Under the pieces are notes generated by a model. That model did no database searches, had not been told where the DNA came from, and worked only from the letters and a program-made list of their open reading frames with translations. From NCBI GenBank assembly GCA_050309605.1, contig JBNRMN010000008.1, forward strand, positions 1 through 44,148: a DNA stretch of 44,148 bases. Reading direction: 5' to 3'. Source of the DNA: Anaerohalosphaeraceae bacterium (GTDB lineage Bacteria > Planctomycetota > Phycisphaerae > Sedimentisphaerales > Anaerohalosphaeraceae). Each line of letters begins with the position of its first letter. The first letter of the stretch is position 1. This document shows, piece after piece, positions 34,134 through 42,980 of this stretch. Made by a program: the position numbers and the translations under genes.

Positions 34134-35501
34134 ATGGATCATCTATTTGAATCGGAACCGAATTTTGGTCATGAGTGGGAGCAGGCCGAGCTGCTGGCCG
34201 AGGAGGCGTTTGATCTCTATGAGAAAGGCCAAATGCGCCACGCCTTTGAAAAAATGACCGAAGCGGTCGAAAAAGGACCGGAAAACGGCTGCTGGTATTT
34301 TAATATGGGGTTGGCGCTCGACGGGATGGAGCAATACGAAAAGGCGATATTCTGTTATGAAAAGGCACTTGAATTGTTGGACGATGATATTGAGGTGATG
34401 AACTGTCTGGGGGTGGATTATACCCGGACCGCTCAATATGATCGGGCGCTGACTGTCTTTGAGCGGATTGAACAGATTGATCCGCTGTTTGAGCCGGCCT
34501 ATTGCAACCGAATCATTACCTATACCGAGATGGATCAGCACGATAAGGCTGAACAGATGTTTTATTTGGCCCAGCAGATACACAGCGATTGCCCATTGTG
34601 CTTTTATAATATCGGGAATTCCCTGTTTTCGCGAGGGGCATATGAGCGCGCCATTTGGTGCTGGCAGAAGACCGCGGAGGTTGATCCCTCCCATCCGCAA
34701 ATTCAATACCGTCTGGCCCAGGCCTATTGGGTCAGCGGCAAAGGCCAACAGGCGCATTCCGCCTTTTTGAATGAGATTCGCAAAAATCCGGCCGATTTGG
34801 ATGTCTTGCTGGATTTTGGAGTCTTTCTGCTCGAAAGCGGGGATATTGAGGCGGCCAAAGAGAAATTTAACCGGATCCTTGAGTTTGATCCGCATTTCTC
34901 GGCGGCGCAGTTTTATTTGGGCGAGGTGTATCGGCTTCGCGGCCGGACAGATGCGGCGGTGCGGCACTATCAGCAGGCGATGAACGCCGACGGTCGCATG
35001 ACTGGGCCGAGGTATCGTCTGGCCGAGATACTGATTCGTCAGGGCTTAAACGACCGGGCCAAAGCGCTGCTTTGGGCGGAGTTCAAGATGGATGTTCCGG
35101 ATCTGGATGTGCTGGTGGGGATGGGCGCTATGTTTTTGCAACTGGATGATTCGGAAGGGGCGGCGCAATGTTTTTTGCGGGCGTTGGAAGTGGAGCACCG
35201 GGAACCGCGTGCATTTCGCGGTTTGGCGTTGGCCCTGACGCTGCGCGGCGAATATGCCGGCGCCCGTCAGTGCCTCGAACAGGCGCTGCGGCTCAACGAT
35301 GAAGATGCGATGACATTGCTGGATGCCGCCTGGATATGCGCCCGGCTGGGGGATTGGGACGCAGCCAAACTTTTCGCGTCGCGCGGCCAGGCCCTTCGCG
35401 GCGGCCAGGAGCCGTATCGCACCGCATGCGAGACCATACAGCGGGATATTCAAAGAGGGCAGTTGTCGGCGTTTTGGCGACGCTTCCATATCCGCCGGTA
35501 A
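34134..35501 (+). CDS. Tetratricopeptide repeat protein, all-TPR with no evident catalytic domain
   Basis: Repeated ~34-aa units such as WYFNMGLALDGMEQYEKAIFCYEKAL and FYNIGNSLFSRGAYERAIWCWQKTAEVDP. Confidence 0.9.
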   Translation: MDHLFESEPNFGHEWEQAELLAEEAFDLYEKGQMRHAFEKMTEAVEKGPENGCWYFNMGLALDGMEQYEKAIFCYEKALELLDDDIEVMNCLGVDYTRTAQYDRALTVFERIEQIDPLFEPAYCNRIITYTEMDQHDKAEQMFYLAQQIHSDCPLCFYNIGNSLFSRGAYERAIWCWQKTAEVDPSHPQIQYRLAQAYWVSGKGQQAHSAFLNEIRKNPADLDVLLDFGVFLLESGDIEAAKEKFNRILEFDPHFSAAQFYLGEVYRLRGRTDAAVRHYQQAMNADGRMTGPRYRLAEILIRQGLNDRAKALLWAEFKMDVPDLDVLVGMGAMFLQLDDSEGAAQCFLRALEVEHREPRAFRGLALALTLRGEYAGARQCLEQALRLNDEDAMTLLDAAWICARLGDWDAAKLFASRGQALRGGQEPYRTACETIQRDIQRGQLSAFWRRFHIRR

Positions 35502-35528
35502 TCCGACATACCAAACCGGCCAATGCGA

Positions 35529-36050
35529 TTAGGCCGTGTGGTCGGGCGCCTGACCAAAGATGTCTTCATAAAGGTCGCCGAATCCGTTGTCCAAATGGCG
35601 GGCGTAATAGGACTCCATCACGTTGGTTCCCTGCTCTTTGATTTCGAACATGTTGTCGGTCAGCCCGCTGCGAATCATCAAAACGATAAACAAACATGCC
35701 GCCATATTGACCAGGCGATCCACGAAGGGGACGGCTTTTTCCATTCGGCTCGGCTCAGGCACGGCGCGGCGCAGCCGCTCAGCGTGCGGGGTGTCTCGTA
35801 CAGACCCTTTGAGGTATTTCAGTGCGACCGTGTTGGCTCTGGCAAGCAAGTCTCTGGACTGCGGCTGCATCCGCATCAAACTCAGCGCCGCATCCACACG
35901 CCCGATCCGCGCCAGACGCCGCTGGCAGCGCGGACAGCCTGCAATATGTGTTCTGCACTGTTCAGTCAGGCGGTTTGTCAGTACCGACCACCAGCCCGGT
36001 CGAGCCGTTCGCAGTGGCTTGCAATGTTTATAACCTCGTGTATCGTTCAT
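35529..36050 (-). CDS. Zinc-binding anti-sigma factor (ZAS) with one TM helix
   Basis: HIAGCPRC (HxxxCxxC), TM MAACLFIVLMI; directly downstream of an ECF sigma gene. Confidence 0.8.
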   Translation of the reverse strand: MNDTRGYKHCKPLRTARPGWWSVLTNRLTEQCRTHIAGCPRCQRRLARIGRVDAALSLMRMQPQSRDLLARANTVALKYLKGSVRDTPHAERLRRAVPEPSRMEKAVPFVDRLVNMAACLFIVLMIRSGLTDNMFEIKEQGTNVMESYYARHLDNGFGDLYEDIFGQAPDHTA

Positions 36051-36087
36051 ACGTCACCTTTTATTGTCTCACATCAGAAGACAGAGT

Positions 36088-36699
36088 TCAGACCTCGCCG
36101 GTCGGATCGGAATCCTGTATTGTCTGTCCGCTGTTATGTGTCGATTGGTCCAGCCACACGGCCAGAAGCTGGATTGCTTTATGTCGATAGACCCGGGCAG
36201 CGCCCGGGGTGATGCCCAGAATACGGGCCACATCGCTGTAGGGCATTTCGCCCAAATCACGCAGCACCACCACATCGCCAAGATAGTCGGGCAGCCGGGC
36301 GATGGCGTTTCTCAGCTGCTGCTGCATCCGGCGTGTGTCCAGATCGCCGCCCGGATCAGTTTCGTAACTGTCGAGCCGGTCGGACCGCAGACGCATCATG
36401 GATTCTCGACGAAGTTTTTCGCGACGAAGCATCGAAACGGCGATGTTGGCGGCGGTGCGGAACAGATAGGCACGAATATGCTTCGGTTTTTGATCGGGGG
36501 TCATATTGGCCAGTCGGACGAATAGATCCTGGTAGGCGTCGCAAACATCCGTTTCATTGCCTAGTATCCGCCACAGCAGCCGGACCAGCGCCGGGCCGTT
36601 GGCCTGCATGGCCGAGAGAATCCACCGCTGGCTTTGATCGACGGACTGAACCAGCGATCGGTCCCATGTAAGCTGCAACATGACGGGGTTTATGGCCAT
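36088..36699 (-). CDS. ECF RNA polymerase sigma factor
   Basis: Region 2 DAYQDLF...YLFRTAAN; region 4 IARLP...VVVLR...YSDVARILG. Confidence 0.9.
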   Translation of the reverse strand: MAINPVMLQLTWDRSLVQSVDQSQRWILSAMQANGPALVRLLWRILGNETDVCDAYQDLFVRLANMTPDQKPKHIRAYLFRTAANIAVSMLRREKLRRESMMRLRSDRLDSYETDPGGDLDTRRMQQQLRNAIARLPDYLGDVVVLRDLGEMPYSDVARILGITPGAARVYRHKAIQLLAVWLDQSTHNSGQTIQDSDPTGEV

Positions 36700-36735
36700 A
36701 ACACCTCAATCGGAAACGTCTTGTCTTCAAAGGGT

Positions 36736-36763
36736 ATGACGTTTGGCTAAACTTTATGTTACC
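36736..36763 (-). promoter_or_regulatory. Candidate ECF-type autoregulatory promoter
   Basis: Minus strand GGTAAC-N16-CGTCAT (AAC...CGT pattern), 36 nt before the sigma start. Confidence 0.5.
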
Positions 36764-36923
36764 ACACCCTTCATAAAAAACGAAAAAAAATTTATCGGCT
36801 CTGATTTATGAGGGCAAAGACGGAAAAAAACAAAAAAGCATTGATTTTGCGAACCTTTTGAATAGGATGGTCAAGGTGTGAACAAGATGTCGAAAGTGTC
36901 TAAATTATTTAAGGAGACCTGAA

Positions 36924-38201
36924 ATGTCGAGATCAAGTGCTTCACTTATTCTGCTGATAACCGTTGCGTTGTCGATTTCCAGCACGCAGGCTGTGGAAGG
37001 TGTTCTGCAAGGGATGCCCGATCCGACGATCATTGAAGGCGACGACGGGCGGTTTTATATCTTTGCCACCGGTACCGGGTTGCCGATTTATCGTTCCGAT
37101 GATCTGGTTTCGTGGACAGAGATCGACCGTGTGTTCGACAAACCGGTTCCGGACTGGGCCAAGCAGGCCATTCCGCCGACCGAAGGCATCTGGGCGCCGC
37201 ATATCGTCAAACTCAACGGCAGGTACTACGCTTATTACAGCGTCTCGTCATTCGGCAGCCAGCGTTCGGTTACCGGCGTGGCGGTCAATGCAACGCTTGA
37301 CCCGGCTTCGCCCGATTATCAATGGAGGGATTTGGGACTGGTGGTCGAATCGTCTCCGGATCGGGATGATTTTAACGCCATTGACATTGCCGTCTTTCAG
37401 GATGACGACGGCAGGGCGTATGCGGTGTGGGGGTCGCATTGGGGCGGCATCAAGTTTGCTGAGATCAACCCCGACACGGGCAAATTTACGGCCGAGGCCG
37501 AGCGTTATCCCACCGTCGCCACACGCCTGACGGGATCGCGGGCCGTTGAGGCGCCGTTTTTGATTCGCCGTGGGGAATATTATTATATGTTTGTTTCGTT
37601 TGATTCCTGCTGCAATGGCGCCGAAAGTACCTATAAGGTGATGGTTGGCCGGTCCCGAAAGCCCGAAGGGCCGTATGTCGATTTCAACGACGAGCCGATG
37701 ACCCAGGGCGGCGGCACACTGGTTCTGGCCAACAATGACAACTGGCGCGGGCCGGGACACAACTCCGTTCTGCAAAGTGAAAAAGGCGATTTTATCGTGC
37801 ACCATACCTATGACACCTGCCATCTCGATAGCCATCGCATATTGCAGATTCGACCCATGTACTGGACACAAGACGGCTGGCCGGTGGCAGGCCAGCCCAT
37901 TCATGCGGCCAATCCTCCTCGTGATTATGACGGCCGTTTCACCGCCGAGTCAGTGGTGGGAAGCTGGCGTGTCTCTATCGATTACGGCCCGGAGCGGATT
38001 ATCGATCTGATTCCCGGCGGGCGGATTGCCAATCATCGTCGAGCGTCCTGGAGTGTGGCGAATAATCAGATAATGCTGACCTGGCCCGGCCAGGGACAAA
38101 GCACTTCGATTGACCGCTGCATCATTGAGCCGACCGGCGCGTCATTTATCGGCCGCAATCAGGACGGCGCCGTCATTCGCGGGGTCAAAATCTGCAACTA
38201 A
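36924..38201 (+). CDS. abnA: Secreted endo-1,5-alpha-L-arabinanase (GH43) with a C-terminal extra domain
   Basis: Signal peptide; PDPT, WAP, YYSVSSFGS, NAID, VEAP, STYKVMVGRS, GPGHNS. Confidence 0.85.
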   Translation: MSRSSASLILLITVALSISSTQAVEGVLQGMPDPTIIEGDDGRFYIFATGTGLPIYRSDDLVSWTEIDRVFDKPVPDWAKQAIPPTEGIWAPHIVKLNGRYYAYYSVSSFGSQRSVTGVAVNATLDPASPDYQWRDLGLVVESSPDRDDFNAIDIAVFQDDDGRAYAVWGSHWGGIKFAEINPDTGKFTAEAERYPTVATRLTGSRAVEAPFLIRRGEYYYMFVSFDSCCNGAESTYKVMVGRSRKPEGPYVDFNDEPMTQGGGTLVLANNDNWRGPGHNSVLQSEKGDFIVHHTYDTCHLDSHRILQIRPMYWTQDGWPVAGQPIHAANPPRDYDGRFTAESVVGSWRVSIDYGPERIIDLIPGGRIANHRRASWSVANNQIMLTWPGQGQSTSIDRCIIEPTGASFIGRNQDGAVIRGVKICN

Positions 38202-38234
38202 AAATGCAATTTTCGAGCGTTTTCAGAAAATCAG

Positions 38235-38269
38235 AAAAAAGGCCGGCGGGTGTTTCCCGTCGGCCTTTT
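38235..38269. terminator. Bidirectional intrinsic terminator between the arabinanase gene and tig
   Basis: A6-GGCCGGCGGG-tgttt-CCCGTCGGCC-T4. Confidence 0.8.
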
Positions 38270-38299
38270 AATTGTCCAGGACAGTTTAATAAAAACGCC

Positions 38300-39823
38300 T
38301 TAGTCTTCCTTCTTTTTACGTTTTGAAGCGGTCTTCTTGCGCTCGCTGTCGGTGTCCGAGGCCGCGTCAGTAACTTTCTCATCATTGTCGGCTGCGTCGG
38401 TCTTCTCAGCGGATTTTTTCTTCTGAGTCTTCTTTGTTTCTTTTTTTTCGCTGGTATCTTCTTCGATGATGTTCGCTTTTTGAAGAATTTGTTCAATGGA
38501 TTTTTGCTCGCGAACCTGCAGGATGAATTGGCTCAGAGAACCGTCGCGGGCCAACTCTTCACGCATGCGCTCAGGCCGACGGCCGCGAACCGCCGCGACA
38601 TAGGCGATGTGGCTGTTGATTTCTTCCTCGGAAACCGACACATCCAGCTTGTCGGCCAGTTTGTCCATAATAAAGAACATCTTGAGCTGTTCTTTGGCCT
38701 GCTGATCCGAGGAGGCCCGAAGCCGATCCATCTGCTCGTCAATCTGTTCACGCGACAGGCCCTGCATCAGCATATTGGAGTATTGACGCTGGAGAATGGA
38801 TAATGATTGGCTGGCCACGACCGCTTCCGGCAGTTCCAGTTCAACCTTGTCGCGCAGGTATGCATACACTTGTTCACTCATGGCGGACTGCGCCTCGCGT
38901 TCGGCCTGCATTTCCAACTGCTCGCGAAGCATCTCTTTCAGATCGTTTTCATCGGATGCGCCGTATCGTGACAAGAAGTCTTCGTCCAGCTCTGCCGGTT
39001 CAAGGACTTTGACCTCCTTGACGGTGATTTCCACATCCACTGTTTTGCCGCGGTAGTCTTCATTGTAGTAAGTCGAAGGGACCTGGACGGTGGTCTTTCG
39101 TGTATCGCCGTGTTTGGCGTCTTTCATCAATTGGTCGAAATCTTCAATGGGAATCCCGGCAACAAAGGCGGTTTTGCGGACGGTGATTTCGATGTTATCG
39201 CGTTTGTCGCGTTCATGCTGGTCTTCGATGGTAAGAACCGCATCGGCGATGATCTGATCGTCCGGTTCGGCCGGTTTATCTTTCGGCGCCCAGACACCCG
39301 CCCGACGGCGCAGCATCAGCAACTGTTCATCGACCATTTGGTCGGTGACTTCTGCCTTGGGTTTGCTCAGGGTGATGCCTTCCAGGTCGGGAAGTTCAAA
39401 TTCCGGTCGGATTTCGACTTCAAAATCAAATTTCATCGGGCCGGTTTCGGGCATTTCGATCTTTTCATGGTCAATATCCGGATCGCCCAAAGTCTCCAGC
39501 TTGTTGTCTTTGATTGCTGCCTCGGCCGCTTCGACAATCAATTCGAGCTTGGTTTGATTGGTGATGTCGCTTCCGAAGCGTTTTTCGATCAACCGCAGCG
39601 GGGCACGGCCCTTGCGAAATCCGGGTACCTCAGCGACCTTGCGAAGATCCTGATACTTCTTATCCAGATAGTCGCGGATTTTCTGCTCCGGAATTTCGAT
39701 TTCAATCTTTTTTTTGCACGGCCCGGCCTCGGATACCGTGACGATGTTTAGAATGTCGTCAGCGGCCTTTTCGTCGGTGGGCGGCTCCGTATTTTCTGTG
39801 TTTTCGATCTTTTCGTCAGTCAT
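38300..39823 (-). CDS. tig: Trigger factor
   Basis: VPGFRKGRAP signature, FKBP-like middle domain, helical C domain, acidic/Lys-rich tail; AGGAG RBS. Confidence 0.95.
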   Translation of the reverse strand: MTDEKIENTENTEPPTDEKAADDILNIVTVSEAGPCKKKIEIEIPEQKIRDYLDKKYQDLRKVAEVPGFRKGRAPLRLIEKRFGSDITNQTKLELIVEAAEAAIKDNKLETLGDPDIDHEKIEMPETGPMKFDFEVEIRPEFELPDLEGITLSKPKAEVTDQMVDEQLLMLRRRAGVWAPKDKPAEPDDQIIADAVLTIEDQHERDKRDNIEITVRKTAFVAGIPIEDFDQLMKDAKHGDTRKTTVQVPSTYYNEDYRGKTVDVEITVKEVKVLEPAELDEDFLSRYGASDENDLKEMLREQLEMQAEREAQSAMSEQVYAYLRDKVELELPEAVVASQSLSILQRQYSNMLMQGLSREQIDEQMDRLRASSDQQAKEQLKMFFIMDKLADKLDVSVSEEEINSHIAYVAAVRGRRPERMREELARDGSLSQFILQVREQKSIEQILQKANIIEEDTSEKKETKKTQKKKSAEKTDAADNDEKVTDAASDTDSERKKTASKRKKKED

Positions 39824-39867
39824 CGCTCAACTCTCCTGATTCGGGGTTTGATGCCAAAAATATGCAC

Positions 39868-39980
39868 AAAACAAAATCGGCCGGCTTTTCGCGCCGACCG
39901 AAGCATCCAAATAAGCCCGAAGGCTTTTTCAAACGCTTAAGCGACCTGCGCCGGACTACCTGTAGCCGGTACCTCGCAAA
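39868..39980 (-). ncRNA. Structured RNA element (three hairpins, the last a terminator) between tRNA-Gly and tig
   Basis: Minus-strand bulged hairpin 39947-39978; 16-bp hairpin capped by C-UUCG-G with four G-U pairs, 39901-39938; terminator stem plus UUUUGUUUU, 39868-39901. Confidence 0.4.
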
Positions 39981-40057
39981 AGCTATATTGAGGTTTCAAA
40001 AAAAGACCTAACTTCTTTCAAAACAATACTTTAACGCCATTTGTGCCGCATTTTCAG

Positions 40058-40129
40058 AGCGGGTGATCGGATTTGAACCGACGACATTCACGTTGGCAAC
40101 GTGACGCTCTACCACTGAGCTACACCCGC
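40058..40129 (-). tRNA. tRNA-Gly (GCC), CCA not encoded
   Basis: GCGGGTG acceptor stem, D arm AGCTCAGTGGTAGAGC, anticodon arm CACG-TTGCCAA-CGTG, T loop GGTTCAAATCC; 72 nt. Confidence 0.97.
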
Positions 40130-40224
40130 AAGGTTGTTATTAACTATACTCTATGTTCACAAAAAAACAAGTCCTGATTTCAAAAAAATGGATTTTAGTG
40201 TGAAAAAAATTGGTTTTGCATTGA

Positions 40225-41124
40225 TTATGTTGCGTGAAAATGCATCTCCTGTCGGCGGTAGTGATCGGGGGCGAGGCCGACGATTTTTTTGAACACGCGC
40301 GAAAAATAGTACTCGTCTGAAAACCCCACCTCGCGGGCGATTTGATACAGGGTCTGGTCGGTGCTGAGCAGCAGTTTTTGGGCTTCTTCAATGCGGCGTT
40401 TGTTGATGTATCGGATGGGGGAAACACCTATATAACGGCTGAACAGATTGGAAAAATAGGTCGGATTCAGCTTGGCCACCTCGGCCAGTTCCCGAATCGT
40501 CAACGGCTCCTGGAGATGGCAGCGGATATACTCCAATACCTGCTGAAATCGCGTCAGTCCGTACATCGTGTTGACGGTTTGCGGCGAATCATAATCGCTG
40601 AAAAATACCGCCAAAAGCAGCCGCAGCAGGGCGTTGGTCTCCAGCAGATTGGCCGGCGTTTTCTTTTGATCGAGCTGGTGGGCCCAATCAAGCGCTCGGG
40701 GGTAGATGGGTTTTCGGGCATCATATTCAAAAAGTGCTCGGTTCGGGTTCAGCTCCAGCAGCCGGTCAAACAGGGCCGGGCTGATATGATGCCGATGGGC
40801 CGAAGCCTGATAATGACATTTGAAAATCGAAAGAATATCCAGTCCGGTCTCAATGCGTGTCGTAAAGTGGATATAATAATGCGTAAGCGAGTCCGGGCAA
40901 TGCATCGTCACGTGCGTAAAGCACGGGATCAGATACAGCCCGCCGGCTCGCAGATCGAAGGTTTGATCGTGATGGGTAACCGTCGCGCCGCCTTCTGTTA
41001 CCAGATAGATGCGAGAGTAGGGATTGTTGACGTTGCGGTAGTTCCATTCCTTTCCGACGCGACAGTTTTCGATATTCAGGATGTCGATTTCCATCGTATC
41101 CAGGATTTTTTTCAGTCTTTCCAT
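40225..41124 (-). CDS. AraC/XylS family transcriptional regulator
   Basis: Cupin-like N-domain (YYIHF); double HTH ELAEVAKLNPTYFSNLF...IAREVGFSDEYYFSRVFKK. Confidence 0.93.
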   Translation of the reverse strand: MERLKKILDTMEIDILNIENCRVGKEWNYRNVNNPYSRIYLVTEGGATVTHHDQTFDLRAGGLYLIPCFTHVTMHCPDSLTHYYIHFTTRIETGLDILSIFKCHYQASAHRHHISPALFDRLLELNPNRALFEYDARKPIYPRALDWAHQLDQKKTPANLLETNALLRLLLAVFFSDYDSPQTVNTMYGLTRFQQVLEYIRCHLQEPLTIRELAEVAKLNPTYFSNLFSRYIGVSPIRYINKRRIEEAQKLLLSTDQTLYQIAREVGFSDEYYFSRVFKKIVGLAPDHYRRQEMHFHAT

Positions 41125-41150
41125 ACGGACAGTTTACCCCTGAACCTGTA

Positions 41151-41208
41151 AAAAATCCATCAAAACGATAAATATTCTATGGCAATTATCCCGCTTTGCT
41201 TTTATGGT
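41151..41208 (+). promoter_or_regulatory. AraC-type direct repeat overlapping the -35 of the isomerase/GH95 promoter
   Basis: AAAAATCCAT (41151-41160) and AATATTCTAT (41171-41180), 20 bp apart; then TGGCAA-N17-TATGGT. Confidence 0.45.
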
Positions 41209-41258
41209 TTCAGAATGCATTGAACCAACTTCAGGTATTCTTTTTGAAAGGGTTGTCT

Positions 41259-42953
41259 ATGGCCGCAAAAGTAAATGCATCACGTCTTGAATCGTTTTCC
41301 AAGGCTGCGCCGCGTGTGCCGGTGATCGGCGTATTTTCCCCGTGCGATCCGCGCGTCGATGCGGACAGTCGAAAACGTGCCCAAAACATTACCGCGATGG
41401 TGGCCGATACCATCAGCGGGCAGGTGGTCATGCCCGATCAGCAGCCGGTTCCGGTGGTTTATTCCGATGTGCTGGTGGACGGCGAAGCGCAGGCTGATAT
41501 TGTTGCACAGCAGTTTCGTCAGGCCGGTGTGAACATTCTGGTTTGTGCTCCGGATACGTGGGCGTTTCCGCAGTTGACGGGCATTTCGGTGTTGCAGCAG
41601 TTTCCCGCCGAGACACCGCTGAACATTACCTGCGGCAACAGCGGTCCCAAGCCCGGCGTGGTCTATGCGCACGCGCTGGCCGGGGCGATTAGTCAGTCCG
41701 GTCGGCTGGTGCATCTGAATGTCGGCAACTGGCCGGATACGGGACTGAATCCGAAGATGAGCAAGGCGACCGCAACGGCGCTGATTGACTGGTGCTATGC
41801 GGCGGTTACCGCGGTCGCGCTGCGCGGCCGGCGCGTGATGGTCTTCGGACATGATTCGATGGGGATGGAAACGGCGCTGGCGCACATCATTCCCACACGC
41901 CGGACCTTCGGCGTTGAAATCACCCGGCTGGATATGAAATTGCTGGCTGATATGCTGAACAAGGGCGCGTATGACAAAAAAGAACTCAAGGCGCTGCGCG
42001 GCTGGTTTGATGAGCATGTGGGCAAGCGACTGGAGTTAAAAACCGAGGCCGACAGCAAGCGGTTTGACCAGTCCTTGGCGATGTACCTGATCAATCGCGA
42101 CCTGATGCGGGATCTGAATGCAGTCGGCGGCGGGTTTATGAGTCAGTTGGAGTGGGGCAGCGATCCGCGCGGACTGCCGCTTCCGGTGGCCGATGCCATG
42201 GAGTCGATGTTCAACAGCACTTTTGATCACAACGGCCCCAAGGCGCCGCTGCCGTATGCGACCGAAGCGGATATGCAGGGGCTGCTGACAATGTTGTTCT
42301 TTACGTGGCTGTCCGGCGGCAATCCGCCGTTGTTTATGGATTTTCGCAAGGTCTGGGAAGGCTGGGAAATCAAGGCACTGGCCGAAAAGACCGGTGTCAA
42401 GGTCAGCCCGAAGGCCGACTATATCACCAAGGGTCTGGTCGATGGCGACAACTCCGGCAGTGCAGCCTTTGACTGGGCGGCCAGCCCCGGCGCATCGGTC
42501 AAGGAGATAATGAAGAAAATTCAGATGCCGTTGGCCGACGAGGGATATTTCCCCGGCGGGGGCAACAGCGTGACCTTTATGACCCCGGCCGGGATCAACG
42601 GCATCGCCGGACGGGTGGCCTTTTGCGGGCAGAACAATCGTTTCAGCCTTATCTGGGACGAGGCTTATACGACCTCGGTCCCGGCCAAGCTGGAAAAGGC
42701 GATGTGCAATCTGACCAACTGGAACTGGCCGCATACCTTTGTCGTGCCCAAATATGCCAGTATGCTGGAATACAAGCAATACGCCCCGGCCAATCACTTC
42801 CATATGACCTGGGACTTGCCGGCGACTCGGTTGCAGTATTGGATGGATCTGACCGGTGTTGCCAGTGTGACGCCGTGGGCTGCGCGTCCGGCCTTTGTAG
42901 AGGGCACGGATCGCCCGCTGCCGCTGCTGCATTTGCTCAATCCATGTCAATGA
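41259..42953 (+). CDS. fucI: L-fucose (D-arabinose) isomerase family protein, divergent
   Basis: Matches FucI motifs SMG, ATEAD (catalytic Glu), FMDFR (catalytic Asp), NSGSAA.D, YF.GGG.S, WP.T, ANH (Mn His); start 41259. Confidence 0.75.
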   Translation: MAAKVNASRLESFSKAAPRVPVIGVFSPCDPRVDADSRKRAQNITAMVADTISGQVVMPDQQPVPVVYSDVLVDGEAQADIVAQQFRQAGVNILVCAPDTWAFPQLTGISVLQQFPAETPLNITCGNSGPKPGVVYAHALAGAISQSGRLVHLNVGNWPDTGLNPKMSKATATALIDWCYAAVTAVALRGRRVMVFGHDSMGMETALAHIIPTRRTFGVEITRLDMKLLADMLNKGAYDKKELKALRGWFDEHVGKRLELKTEADSKRFDQSLAMYLINRDLMRDLNAVGGGFMSQLEWGSDPRGLPLPVADAMESMFNSTFDHNGPKAPLPYATEADMQGLLTMLFFTWLSGGNPPLFMDFRKVWEGWEIKALAEKTGVKVSPKADYITKGLVDGDNSGSAAFDWAASPGASVKEIMKKIQMPLADEGYFPGGGNSVTFMTPAGINGIAGRVAFCGQNNRFSLIWDEAYTTSVPAKLEKAMCNLTNWNWPHTFVVPKYASMLEYKQYAPANHFHMTWDLPATRLQYWMDLTGVASVTPWAARPAFVEGTDRPLPLLHLLNPCQ

Positions 42954-42980
42954 TGGTTATATTCTGTTGGGAGTTTTTTT

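Noticed and set aside
40034..40129. tRNA-Gly as an integration site or island boundary
   Set aside because: No integrase, I found no duplicated tRNA 3' end, and the core gene tig lies on the 3' side
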